64,000 nucleotides of DNA from a virus. Positions 23,424-33,108 of this stretch are shown here, in pieces. A program made the translations under genes and the position numbers. The stretch covers positions 19,952 through 83,951 of the IMG/VR virus record IMGVR_UViG_3300036770_008702; one strand, written 5' to 3'. Numbering within the stretch: position 1 is the first letter of the stretch; the number at the start of each line of letters is the position of its first letter. The notes under the pieces are model-generated. The model was not told the origin of the DNA. It was given only the letters and a program-made list of their open reading frames with translations, and searched no databases.

Positions 23424-26400
23424 CAGGCGACATCCCGGACGGTGTTGCGCAGCTTCTGCACGGCCTCGGTGGTGCCACTGGTGCCGGCACGCACCTCGCC
23501 AGCGATCAGGACCGCCGCCTCGCGCAGCACCTGGCGCAAGTCGGCAACCTCCTGGCGCAGCGCCTGGAGATCGGCGCGCAGGCTGTCGGACGCCGCAGGC
23601 ATGGTGGCGCGGACGCCGAGGGAGCCATCGCCACGGCGGGCCAAGGGCATGATCGCCTCGGGCCCGGCCTCGCCGAACAGCGCCATCGGCGCCAGGGTGG
23701 GACGACCGACGAGGTCGGGGATGCCGCCGCGCGCGAAAGGGATGACGTTGCCGCCGGTGAACACGCCGCCGAGGGCAAAGGCGCCGCCTTCGCCGGCGTT
23801 GCCGCCACGGGCGTCGTCGATCAGCGTCTGGGTGTTCTGCACGACCTGGCTGGTGAAGCCGCGTGTCGCGGCAATGTCATCGCGCATGGTGGCGAGGATG
23901 GCGTTGGCCGCGGTGAGCAGCCCGGACAGCTTGTCGTCGATGGAGCGGCTGATCTGGATGGTCTCGGTGGTCTCGACCGCCTGGCGGATGATGCGGGTGA
24001 TACTCTCGTCGGTCAGCAGCGTCGCCCCGGTGGCGGCGAGCACCTGCTGGAAGATGCCGCGCAGCACCGCCTCGCTCTCCGGCACGACGATGGTGCCGGT
24101 CGGCGCGAAGATGGTCTGGTTGATGCCGCGGGTGACGATGGCGCTCTCGATGACCAGGGCCCGCTCGGCGTCCGTCAGAACCCGACCCAGCTGCTGCTCG
24201 ACGGTGCGGACGACGCTGGCGGCCTGGATCAGTCCGGCGCGCTCCTCGGCGGTGAGGTCCCGGCCGATGGCTTGGCCGATGGTTCGTTCGATCGCCGCGC
24301 CCTGCACCAGGCTATCGCGCTCGGCATCGGACAGGGTGCGCCCGATTGTCTGCTCGATACTGCGCAGGATGCTGCCGCCCTGCACCAGGCCGGCGCGCTC
24401 CGCGTCGGTGAGATCGCGGCCGATGGCTTGCTCGACGATGCGGGCGATGCTAGCGCCCTGCACCAGGCTATCGCGCTCGGCATCGGAGAGGTTGCGGCCG
24501 ATCGCCTGTTCAATGCTGCGCAGGATGCCGCCGCCCTGGACCAGGCCAGCACGCTCGGCGTCGGTGAGGTCTCGCCCCATCGCCTGCTGGATGGCGCGGG
24601 TGATATCGGCGTCATAGACGAGCCCGGCGCGTTCGGCGGGCGACAGGTCACGCCCGATAGCCTGCTGGATGGCCCGCGTGATGTCGGCAGCCTGCACCAG
24701 GCCGGCGCGCTCGGCGACGGAGAGATCGCGGCCCATGGCCTGCTGGATCGCGCGGGTGATGTCGGCACCATAGACGAGCCCGGCGCGCTCGGCCGGCGAC
24801 AGGTCACGTGCCATCCCCTGTTGGATGGCACGGGTGACATCGGCGGCCTGAACGAGCCCGGCACGCTCGGCGACGGACAGGTCGCGCTGCATCGACTGCT
24901 CGATGTCGCGGCGCACGACAGCGCCCTGCACCAGGGCGTCGATCTCACCATCGGTCAGCAGTCGGCCAAGCCGTTCCTCAACCGTGCGCAGCACCGTAGC
25001 GGTCTGCACCAACCGCGCCCGGTCGGCGTCCGGTAGCGCGTTCAACGCCTCGGTGATGACGCGCACTATCTCGACACCGACCTGGACGTTCACCGAGCCG
25101 CCCAGCTGCTGAAGCGCGGCCAGGATCTGCGCGTCGTAGGACTGGGTGGCCGGCAGGTTCTCCAGGCTGGAGATGATGAACTGGCGCAGCGCCTGGAAGT
25201 CGGTGCCTGAGGCATACATGCCACGCCCGGCGGCCAGCAGCGTGTCGGCGGTCTGAGTGATGCGGGACAGAGCATCGCCGTCGCCGCCACGCGCCAGGGC
25301 CAGGTCCCGCCCGAAGGCGTTCTGGGCTTCGGTGAGCCGGTCGGTGGGCGAGGCGCCGCCGGAAGCTCCGGCGCGCAGTCCATCTATATAAGTACGGATC
25401 GCACCACCGGTGCGCAGCAACGCGTCGCGCGCCTGCTCGGCATAGCGGGCGATGATGGCGGCCCGCTCGGCCGCCTGCGTCTCCTCCAACGCCACCAGCA
25501 GCCGCGACTTCTCGGCCGCGGCGGTTGCCAGCGCCTCCAGTTGCTCGGTGAAGGCCCGTGTCTCCTGCCGCGCCGCCTCGGTCTGGCGGGCTAGTTCGGC
25601 CGCCTCGGTGTTGCCAGCTGCGGTGAGCCGCCGCACCACCAGCGCCACCTCGCCCTGGCGCAGCGTCTCGGTGCGTTGCACCTCCAAGGCCGCGATCTGC
25701 CGGGCACGCTCGGTGGCAAGCTTCTCCTCGGCGAGCCCGTACGTACGGGCCGTCTCGGTTGCCTTGTCGAAGGCGGCGTTGATGGCGTCGATCTGCTGCG
25801 CGAAGGCCGCCAGCGGCGCCGTGCCGAGCTTGTCGATCTCGGCCTGGGCGGCCAGGAAGCCATCGACCCATTGCGCCAGCTTGTCCACGCCGGAGAAGGT
25901 CTTGCCCTCCAGCGAGCGGGTGAGGTCAGCGTTGTCCCGCGAGGCAAAGCGCAGTCGGGTGTACGCCTCTTCGACCGAGCCGGCATCGGCCCAAGAATAG
26001 TCGGCGCCGTTCTTGTTCCCGCCGATGACGCTGACGCCACCCACCTGCAGGCCCCGCTGGGCCAGATAGGCGTTGGTGGCGGCGACAACCTGCTCGGCCT
26101 GGGCGAAGACCGCCTTGCCGCTGTCGTTGTAGAAACGGTAGTCAATCGGCATCAGCTGGTCGGCCATCGCGTTTGACGGCGCCGCGTCAGGCCCCCAGCC
26201 GGCGCTCTGCAACCGCAGGCCGAAGCCGCGCACGCTCTCGCCGGGGCCGAACAGGCCGCCCAGCCCCCCACCGGCTGCCCCGCCGAGCAGGCCGCCGATG
26301 AGGGTGCCGATGCCGGGGATGATCGAGCCCAGTGCCGCCCCGGCCAGGGCCCCGGCGCCGGAGCCGACCATGCCGCCGGTCTGGTTGCCGCCGAGGAGCG

Positions 26401-28759
26401 AGTTGAGCAGCATGCCCGCGCCGAAGCCGGCTCCGGCACCGCCCAGCAGCGAGCCGAACGTCGCGCCGGTGCCGCCGAAAAGCCCGCCACCACCGAAGGC
26501 TTGCAACTGGGCGAGCGAGGCCGGGCCGTAGGCCCCGCCCATCGCGCCCAGCGCGGCACTGGTTGAGGTGCCCCAGCCGGTGATGGCCGTGGCACCCAGC
26601 AATCCACCCGCGCCGGTCAGGCCGAGGCCGGAGCCGATGCTGGAAAGCAGCCCGCCGGGTCCGGTCAGACCCAGCGTCTCGCCGATATTGCCGAGCCCGA
26701 GTAGGCTCGCGAGCGAGCCACCGCCCGAGGCCGCACCACCGACGCCACCGATCCCACCGCCACCGAAGATGCCCTGGACGATGGGGGTGACGATCGGGCG
26801 GATCACCGCCTCGGCGGCGATGCGCGCGAAGGTCGCGCGCGCCAGGCGGTAGAAATCGTCCATCAACCCGGCCCAACCACGGCCCGTGGTGCTGAACAGG
26901 TCGGCGAAGCGGTCGCCGGCATAGCGCACCACGTCGTCGGTGGTAGACTGGATCTGGCGCTCCTGTTCCTTGCGGGCGTCGTCGAGCTTCTTCTGGTCGT
27001 CCTGGGCCGACTTGTAGGCCGCCCGCTGCGCCTCGATCTGGCGCACCGTGGCCTCGATCGCCTCGGCCTCACGCTGCTGAGCGGCGGTGCGCTTCTCGAT
27101 GGCGGGGATGCCGGCTTCGCGCAGCTGCTTCTCTATCTCCAGCGCGACGTTCAATGCTGCCACCGCATTGCTGCCCTGGCGTTGCGCCTCGGTCAGGCGG
27201 GTCTGGCGGTCGAGCTCGACGGCCAGCGCCTCGGAGACCTTGGCCACCTTGGCGGCCTGGTCGTCGGCCAGCTTGGCGGCCTTCTGGCCCTCCTCATTGG
27301 CCTTGGCCAGCTTGTCCTGATACTCGCGCAGCGCATCCGCCCGCGCCCTGGTGGCATCGAAGACCGCCCCGCCCGGAAGGGTGGTGACCCCGGCCGCCTC
27401 GGCGCGGGTGATCTTTGCCAGCTGCTCCTGATACTCGCGGGTGGCCTTGAGCTTCTTGTCGTTGGCCTCGACGACCTCGCGCACTTCCTGAGCGGTACGG
27501 GTGCGGGCGGCCTCGGCAGCCTTGGCCTGGGCGGTGACGTATTCGCCGAAGCGCTGCTGCCCGGCATCGCGCTCGATCTCGGCCAGACGGTCATTGGCGG
27601 TGCGGTAGTCGCTCTCGGCCTGGCGCAGGGCCGACTGCCGGGCGGTGGCTGCCGCCTGCAATTGGGCGCGCTGGATGGCGGAGTAGCCCCGCGCCGGGTC
27701 CGAGCCGTCATCCATCGCCGGACCGGCGCGCAGGGCTTCCAGACGAGCGCGGCTGCGGGCGACGTCGTTCTCTGCGGCCTGACGGTCGGTTGGCGCGACA
27801 TACCGCTGCACCGCATTAACCGCGGCGGCCGCGTCCATCGCCGCCTTGGCGATCGCCTGGGAGAGGCCGAGCGCCTTGTCGAGTTGGCTGGCGAAGTTGT
27901 CCATCGCCGCACCCAGCACGCCGAAGGCGCGGCCCATGGTCGGCGGCAGCTTGTCGAACTCGGCGGCCAGCTTCTCACCGGCGGCAATCAGGGCGGGGAG
28001 GACCCGATCGGCGGTGAGCTTGCCCTCGCTGCCCATCTGGCGCAGCTGGCCGATGCCGACACCCAGCTCCTTGGCCAGCGCCTGTGCCAGCTGCGGCATG
28101 TTCTCCAGCAGCGAGCGCAACTCGTCGCCCTGCAGCACGCCGGAGGCCAGGGCCTGGCCCAGCTGCTGCACCGCCGCGCCAATCTCCTGCGTGGCGCCAC
28201 CCGAGACAATGCCGGCCTTCTGGACGCCGACCACCAGCCGCATCACCTGGTCGTTGGTGGCTCCCACCTCCTTGGCGGCGACGGCGAAGCGATTGAACGC
28301 CCCGGCAGATTCCGCCACGGCGATGCCGGTCTGCTGCGACAGGCGGAACAACCCCTCGAAGGCATGTTCGGCCGCAGCGGCGGAGCCGGTGGCACTGACC
28401 AGGCGGGCCAGCACCGCGGTGGCGGTATCGCCGGCCTGGGCAATTCGCGTCCCTGCGGCCACGGCAGCCGCGCCTATCGCCGCGAAGCCTGCGGCCAGCC
28501 CGCCGGCCGCGACAGACACGCCGCCGAAGGTGCGGCCAACGGTGCCGAGGCTGCCACCCATGCCCTGGAAGGCGCGGGTGGCGACATCGGAGGCGCCGGC
28601 CAGGCGCTGCAACCCAGGCGATGCCGCGGTGCTCGCCACCTCCACCCGACGCAGGGCCGCCTCGCCCGCCACGCCGAACTGCTCCAACTCGCGACGGGCA
28701 CGGTCCGCCCCCTCGGTGGAGACGCGGATACCGACGGTGCGGGCGGTGGCACCACTCAT
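23423..28759 (-). CDS. Tail tape measure protein (about 1778 aa)
   Basis: QLGQALASGVLQGDELRSLLENMP tape-measure motif; Ala/Gly-rich; C-terminal FARGG...GEAGPEAIMPL..DGSLGV. Start MSGATART at 28759. Confidence 0.93.
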   Translation of the reverse strand: MSGATARTVGIRVSTEGADRARRELEQFGVAGEAALRRVEVASTAASPGLQRLAGASDVATRAFQGMGGSLGTVGRTFGGVSVAAGGLAAGFAAIGAAAVAAGTRIAQAGDTATAVLARLVSATGSAAAAEHAFEGLFRLSQQTGIAVAESAGAFNRFAVAAKEVGATNDQVMRLVVGVQKAGIVSGGATQEIGAAVQQLGQALASGVLQGDELRSLLENMPQLAQALAKELGVGIGQLRQMGSEGKLTADRVLPALIAAGEKLAAEFDKLPPTMGRAFGVLGAAMDNFASQLDKALGLSQAIAKAAMDAAAAVNAVQRYVAPTDRQAAENDVARSRARLEALRAGPAMDDGSDPARGYSAIQRAQLQAAATARQSALRQAESDYRTANDRLAEIERDAGQQRFGEYVTAQAKAAEAARTRTAQEVREVVEANDKKLKATREYQEQLAKITRAEAAGVTTLPGGAVFDATRARADALREYQDKLAKANEEGQKAAKLADDQAAKVAKVSEALAVELDRQTRLTEAQRQGSNAVAALNVALEIEKQLREAGIPAIEKRTAAQQREAEAIEATVRQIEAQRAAYKSAQDDQKKLDDARKEQERQIQSTTDDVVRYAGDRFADLFSTTGRGWAGLMDDFYRLARATFARIAAEAVIRPIVTPIVQGIFGGGGIGGVGGAASGGGSLASLLGLGNIGETLGLTGPGGLLSSIGSGLGLTGAGGLLGATAITGWGTSTSAALGAMGGAYGPASLAQLQAFGGGGLFGGTGATFGSLLGGAGAGFGAGMLLNSLLGGNQTGGMVGSGAGALAGAALGSIIPGIGTLIGGLLGGAAGGGLGGLFGPGESVRGFGLRLQSAGWGPDAAPSNAMADQLMPIDYRFYNDSGKAVFAQAEQVVAATNAYLAQRGLQVGGVSVIGGNKNGADYSWADAGSVEEAYTRLRFASRDNADLTRSLEGKTFSGVDKLAQWVDGFLAAQAEIDKLGTAPLAAFAQQIDAINAAFDKATETARTYGLAEEKLATERARQIAALEVQRTETLRQGEVALVVRRLTAAGNTEAAELARQTEAARQETRAFTEQLEALATAAAEKSRLLVALEETQAAERAAIIARYAEQARDALLRTGGAIRTYIDGLRAGASGGASPTDRLTEAQNAFGRDLALARGGDGDALSRITQTADTLLAAGRGMYASGTDFQALRQFIISSLENLPATQSYDAQILAALQQLGGSVNVQVGVEIVRVITEALNALPDADRARLVQTATVLRTVEERLGRLLTDGEIDALVQGAVVRRDIEQSMQRDLSVAERAGLVQAADVTRAIQQGMARDLSPAERAGLVYGADITRAIQQAMGRDLSVAERAGLVQAADITRAIQQAIGRDLSPAERAGLVYDADITRAIQQAMGRDLTDAERAGLVQGGGILRSIEQAIGRNLSDAERDSLVQGASIARIVEQAIGRDLTDAERAGLVQGGSILRSIEQTIGRTLSDAERDSLVQGAAIERTIGQAIGRDLTAEERAGLIQAASVVRTVEQQLGRVLTDAERALVIESAIVTRGINQTIFAPTGTIVVPESEAVLRGIFQQVLAATGATLLTDESITRIIRQAVETTETIQISRSIDDKLSGLLTAANAILATMRDDIAATRGFTSQVVQNTQTLIDDARGGNAGEGGAFALGGVFTGGNVIPFARGGIPDLVGRPTLAPMALFGEAGPEAIMPLARRGDGSLGVRATMPAASDSLRADLQALRQEVADLRQVLREAAVLIAGEVRAGTSGTTEAVQKLRNTVRDVA
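24110..25015 (-). repeat. Eleven full plus one partial 78-bp (26-aa) tandem repeats inside the TMP
   Basis: Units such as LVQAADITRAIQQAIGRDLSPAERAG, counted in the translation. Confidence 0.92.
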
Positions 28760-29499
28760 GATTTGACCCCCCGCAGTTCGGCGATGGCGTTGCGCGCAAA
28801 CCAACCCGGCACTCGCGAGCGCACGCTGGCCACATCGAGCCGCTTGCGCAGGGTGACGCGGCGCAGCAGCAGGAACATCGGCACGAACCCCTGGGCCAGG
28901 ACGTCCCGCCGGCGCTGCGCCTGGCTCTTGCGATGGCCGGTCAGCACCTCGGTGCCGCTGCCGACGAACAGTCGCAGCCGGTTGCGCGTGCGGCGGCTGG
29001 TCCCGGTGGCTGCGGCCACCCGCAGGCACCAGAGTGCGGTGCCGGGCCGCGATCGGCTGGGCAGCACGAAGGCCTCGCCACGCCGCCCGGCCTGGATCAT
29101 CTGCGCCGGGGTGATGCGCAATCCGCCACGCCGGCCCGACCTACGGCCGCCAATCGAATTGTAGCCGGTGGGGATGGCCATGTAGGTGCGGCCGCGCGCG
29201 ACGATGGTGGCGCCGCGGTCAAAGGCGGTGACGACGGTCGGCATGCGCGACCAGATCAGGGCTGCTGGCTTGAAGGTGGTCGGTGCCGTCCCTGCGGCCG
29301 GATACAGGTTTAGGCGCCAGGCATTGGCGATGCTGCGGCCGCCGTCCTTGAAGCCAGCCGACCGGGCCTGGGCGCGCAACTCTGACTGCACCTCGCGGCC
29401 GGTTGCGGCGACGGCGCGGCGCAGTCCGCCTGCGACGGCGCGCACCTCGGTCTGCATGGCCTCACGCAGGCGGCCGAACACGGCGGCGCGGACGAACAT
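28756..29499 (-). CDS. DUF6441-like basic phage protein (tail completion-like)
   Basis: MFVRAAVFGRL..., RSIANAWR, VPMFLLLRRVTLRKRLD; stop overlaps the TMP start (ATGA). Confidence 0.75.
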   Translation of the reverse strand: MFVRAAVFGRLREAMQTEVRAVAGGLRRAVAATGREVQSELRAQARSAGFKDGGRSIANAWRLNLYPAAGTAPTTFKPAALIWSRMPTVVTAFDRGATIVARGRTYMAIPTGYNSIGGRRSGRRGGLRITPAQMIQAGRRGEAFVLPSRSRPGTALWCLRVAAATGTSRRTRNRLRLFVGSGTEVLTGHRKSQAQRRRDVLAQGFVPMFLLLRRVTLRKRLDVASVRSRVPGWFARNAIAELRGVKS

Positions 29500-29629
29500 G
29501 GGCTGGTTCCTGCGGGTGTGCCGACGCTTGCGCTGGCCCATGCCACGGTTGCGTGGCTACGCTGCGTCCAGGCGGCTCGGATCGTCGAAATTCCGGTCAC
29601 CGCGTGGCAGCGATCTGGGGAGTGGGTAG

Positions 29630-30523
29630 ATGAGCAAGGTGCGTGTTGGCTTGGTCCAGATGGCGCTGAAGGCACCGACCTCGGCGCCGGTCGCAGAGAT
29701 TCGCGACGCGATGAATGCCGCCCATGCCGAGCAGGTGCGCCAGGCGGCGGAGCAGGGCGTGCAGGTGATCTGCTTCCAGGAGGTGTTCAACGCCCCGTAC
29801 TTCTGCCCGGTGGCGGAACCGCGCTGGCTGGAAGCCGCGGAGCGCGTGCCGGAAGGACCAACGACGCAGCTGATGTGCCAGGTCGCCCGCAAGCACAGCA
29901 TGGTGATCGTGGTGCCGCTCTACCGGCGCCACGACGATGGCCGGAAGACCAACACCGCGGTGGTGATCGACGCTGATGGCTCGGTCCTGGGTACCTACGA
30001 GAAGACGCACATCCCGACCATTGGGGCGCACCTGCATACGATGATCGGCAACGAGGAGCGCGGCACCGAGCGCTACTGGTTCGAGCCAGGGACCACGGGG
30101 TTCCCGGTGTTCCAGACACGCTACCTGAAGCTGGGGGTCTACATCTGCTACGACCGGCACTTCCCCGAAGGCTGGCGTGCCCTCGGTCTGGCCGGCGCCG
30201 AGTATGTCGTGAACCCCTCGGCGACCTGGAAGGGGTTGAGTCAGCACCTCTGGACGCTGGAGCAACCGGCGGCCGCGGTGGCGAACGGTTTCTATGTCGG
30301 TGCCATCAACCGCGTCGGTGTCGAGGAACCCTGGGCGATCGGCGAGTTCTACGGCTCCAGCTATGTGGCTGATCCGCGTGGCCGCATCCTGGCCCAAGGG
30401 CCCGACGATCGCGATGCGCTGGTGGTGGCCGATATCGACCTCGATGTCGTCCGCGAGGTGAAGGCGACGTGGAAGTTCGACGAGCATCGCCGTCCCGAGA
30501 CCTACGGCGCCCTCACGCGCTGA
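29630..30523 (+). CDS. Nitrilase-superfamily carbon-nitrogen hydrolase (beta-ureidopropionase / N-carbamoyl amidohydrolase-like)
   Basis: Catalytic triad in context: CFQEVF, YEKTHIP, YICYDRHFPEGWR; also NPSAT, AINRVG, FYGSSY. Confidence 0.92.
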   Translation: MSKVRVGLVQMALKAPTSAPVAEIRDAMNAAHAEQVRQAAEQGVQVICFQEVFNAPYFCPVAEPRWLEAAERVPEGPTTQLMCQVARKHSMVIVVPLYRRHDDGRKTNTAVVIDADGSVLGTYEKTHIPTIGAHLHTMIGNEERGTERYWFEPGTTGFPVFQTRYLKLGVYICYDRHFPEGWRALGLAGAEYVVNPSATWKGLSQHLWTLEQPAAAVANGFYVGAINRVGVEEPWAIGEFYGSSYVADPRGRILAQGPDDRDALVVADIDLDVVREVKATWKFDEHRRPETYGALTR

Positions 30524-30842
30524 CCGACTGGCCGCGGAGCCGCGCCTCGCTCTCGACCATCTTGGCGTAGATCGTGCCGAGGGTGGCAAAGGCATCAACC
30601 AGCCAGGCTGCCTGGTCTCCGACGCCGCCGGCATCGGGCCAGTGCGCGACACCACCTTTTGGATCCCGGCATGCGGCCCAAAGGCGGACGACCTCATGCC
30701 AGGCTGGCGCAATTGCCAGCCGCGGGTTGTCGCCCTTCCACGGCTCGCCTGCGACCAGCCAGTCCGAGCCATCCTCCGGCCTCAGCCCTCCGGCGAAGGC
30801 GTCGGGGTCCCTGGCGACGGCAAGGGCGCCACGGAGTTTCCC
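30513..30842 (-). CDS. -1 frameshift extension of the tail chaperone (gpT-like part of gpGT)
   Basis: G GGA AAC at 30842-30836; the -1 frame reads GKLRGALA...WPDAGGVGDQAAWLVDAF to a stop at 30513. Confidence 0.75.
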   Translation of the reverse strand, partial: GKLRGALAVARDPDAFAGGLRPEDGSDWLVAGEPWKGDNPRLAIAPAWHEVVRLWAACRDPKGGVAHWPDAGGVGDQAAWLVDAFATLGTIYAKMVESEARLRGQSVSA

Positions 30843-31426
30843 TCCGCACTCCGGTCCAGCGACACCAGCAGGAAGGCCCGCCAGCCCACGGCAGTGACCT
30901 CGCTCGCCGGCAGCACGTCGAGCAGGTCCTCCGGCACCAGTCCCTTGTCCCGCCGGAAGACCGGCAGCCCGGGACCATCCCAGCCGCGGAGTGCATGCCG
31001 GCACGCCACCCAGGGTGCCATGCCAGTCCAGCGCTCGCCGGCCACGCGCAGTTCCGCATAGACGGGCACGTCCATGCAGGCGGTGATGATCACCGCGAGC
31101 CGCGCCTGCGCCTCTGCCAGCTTGGCCTTGAGCGTCGTGTCGTCCGGTGCAGCATCCACCGCGTCGCGTGCGGCATCGGCGTCGTCGACAACGGCGAGGG
31201 CCTCGTCCAGGTTGGCGGGCGCGATCTCGCGCAACGCGGCGCGCAGGCCGTTGCTGACATCCTGCGGCGACGGGCGCATGCCGGCCTCGCGCGCGAGTGC
31301 CGTTCGGAAGGCAATGCGTTCGCGATAGGTCAGTGGCGCCAGACGGTAGGTCCGCGGGCTGCCCGGCGGGGTGAAAGCCACGAGGTCGTGCGCCGAGAAC
31401 ACCGGCGGGGCGGTCATGCCATCCAT
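30782..31426 (-). CDS. Tail assembly chaperone (gpG-like)
   Basis: Directly after the major tail gene; contains the slippery heptamer GGGAAAC near its 3' end. Confidence 0.8.
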   Translation of the reverse strand: MDGMTAPPVFSAHDLVAFTPPGSPRTYRLAPLTYRERIAFRTALAREAGMRPSPQDVSNGLRAALREIAPANLDEALAVVDDADAARDAVDAAPDDTTLKAKLAEAQARLAVIITACMDVPVYAELRVAGERWTGMAPWVACRHALRGWDGPGLPVFRRDKGLVPEDLLDVLPASEVTAVGWRAFLLVSLDRSAEGNSVAPLPSPGTPTPSPEG

Positions 31427-31449
31427 GAGGGGACTCCTGGGGGAAAGGT

Positions 31450-32616
31450 TCAGAACTGGGCGAGATAGAAGGCGCTGTCGGCGCCATCGCCCTGGAAGCT
31501 GATGCCATGCTGGCCGAGGCCATCGCGCTGGCCAGGGTCCATGGCGATCGCCTTGGCGTTCGGCACGATCGCCACGAAGCGGTTGCCCGGGGTGCTGCCG
31601 ATGATCGCCATCAGCGACATCGGCGTGCCCGCCCGGAAGGCGTTGAACAGCGCCACCGAGTTCGTGGTGTTCATGTAGGGATCAAGGTTCCCCGCCACGT
31701 CGCGCTCGATCGGCAGGGCGGCGCCATAGCCCTCCGCACTCTCCGGGTCGTCGGGCAGGATGACGTTGACCCCGGCATTGATGGTCAGCGTCCGGACCTG
31801 GGCCAGCGCCTTGTTGAGCTGGCACTTGCCGCCGACAAAGCGCGGGGGCGTCGGCCGCAGCACCGCGGCGGCACCTGCCGGCACGGCGGTCGCAGACTTG
31901 CTGGCGAACTGGGCGCGCATCTCGAAGCTGACGAAGCCGATGCCGCCGGTGGTGAGCTCCAGGGTGGGCGTTCCCAGCGCGCCGGTGAAGGTCCAGAGCA
32001 GACCATCGGCGTAGAAGTAGATCGTCGCGGTCTTGTAGACGCTCTCGTCTGAGGTCGGGCTGTAGAGCACGTTGATCGGGATCTGCAGCAGGCTGCCCGT
32101 GGTGTAGGCCGTGCCGGCGGTATCGCCCGTGGTGATCACCCGCGCCGCGGTGTAGTCGACGATCCCGGTTGTGCCTGCAGCGATGCCGGTGACGATCAGC
32201 GGCATGCCGCGATACTGCTGCGCGGTGGTGCCGAACGGAGTGGCTGCGGTCACCGTGGTGGTGGTGCCGGCGGTGGCGGCGGTCGGGGCGCCGATGGCGG
32301 CGGCAGTGACCAGTTCGGCGAAGGTGCTGCAGCGCATCAGCTTGCCGAAGTCCGGCGCGGTGCCGGCAGTGCCGGAACCGCGCAGGGGCATGCGCAGCCG
32401 CAGTCGTGGCTTGAGGCCACCGACGACCGAGGATGCCTTGTCGAGCGAGCCGGTGAGTTCGGGCAGTTCGATGATGGTGGGGTCGAACTGCACCTCCATC
32501 TCCGACGCGATCCAATCACCTGCCGCCGGCGTGCCGCCGATGGAGTCTACCCCGGGGGTGACTTCGATCTTGGCCGCGACGGCGGCGAACTTCATGCGTA
32601 CGAGATTCACACTCAT
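31450..32616 (-). CDS. Major tail tube protein
   Basis: 388 aa, Thr/Gly-rich; LRGSGTAGTAPDFGKLMR motif; between the terminator and chaperone genes. Confidence 0.8.
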   Translation of the reverse strand: MSVNLVRMKFAAVAAKIEVTPGVDSIGGTPAAGDWIASEMEVQFDPTIIELPELTGSLDKASSVVGGLKPRLRLRMPLRGSGTAGTAPDFGKLMRCSTFAELVTAAAIGAPTAATAGTTTTVTAATPFGTTAQQYRGMPLIVTGIAAGTTGIVDYTAARVITTGDTAGTAYTTGSLLQIPINVLYSPTSDESVYKTATIYFYADGLLWTFTGALGTPTLELTTGGIGFVSFEMRAQFASKSATAVPAGAAAVLRPTPPRFVGGKCQLNKALAQVRTLTINAGVNVILPDDPESAEGYGAALPIERDVAGNLDPYMNTTNSVALFNAFRAGTPMSLMAIIGSTPGNRFVAIVPNAKAIAMDPGQRDGLGQHGISFQGDGADSAFYLAQF

Positions 32617-32653
32617 GGGCTGGACCTTTCAGATTGTGCGGGTGAGCCGCAGG

Positions 32654-33106
32654 TCAGGGCAGGTAGGGGGACCCGAGCGGCGCGATAGCCAGCATCGAGA
32701 AGCGGGCCAGGAATTCACCGGCCGGCTTGGCGCTCTCGTCGGTGTCGTAGAGCCGGAACTCGGCGCCCTGTTCGGTGGCCTCGCCGAGCCCATCGACGGT
32801 GGGCGTCCAACCGGCGAGGGCCGCCACCACCGAGGCATGCAGATCCGAAAGCCCCTGCTCGACACCCAGGTCGGTGGTGTCCCGTATGTAGCCGGCGACC
32901 ACGAAACCCATCGTGTAGTGGGTGCTGCCCGGCTCGGCCGTCTCGTCGGCCTCCCAGTCGGTGCCGGTCAGCACGAGGCGTGGCAGAGGCTCCTTGTCGA
33001 TGTCGACCAGTGCGCGGCGCGCGCGCTCCAGGACGGTGCCCGGCAGTTCGGTTGTCAGGCGGTCGGCGATCGCGGCCAGTGCTGCCTCGCGGATCGGTGT
33101 CGACAT
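32654..33106 (-). CDS. Tail terminator-like protein
   Basis: MSTPIREAALAAIADRL, 150 aa acidic; synteny with lambda gpU. Confidence 0.72.
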   Translation of the reverse strand: MSTPIREAALAAIADRLTTELPGTVLERARRALVDIDKEPLPRLVLTGTDWEADETAEPGSTHYTMGFVVAGYIRDTTDLGVEQGLSDLHASVVAALAGWTPTVDGLGEATEQGAEFRLYDTDESAKPAGEFLARFSMLAIAPLGSPYLP

Positions 33107-33108
33107 GT

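Noticed and set aside
24110-25015. CRISPR array
   Set aside because: The repeats are contiguous, degenerate, in-frame 78-bp coding units with no unique spacers.
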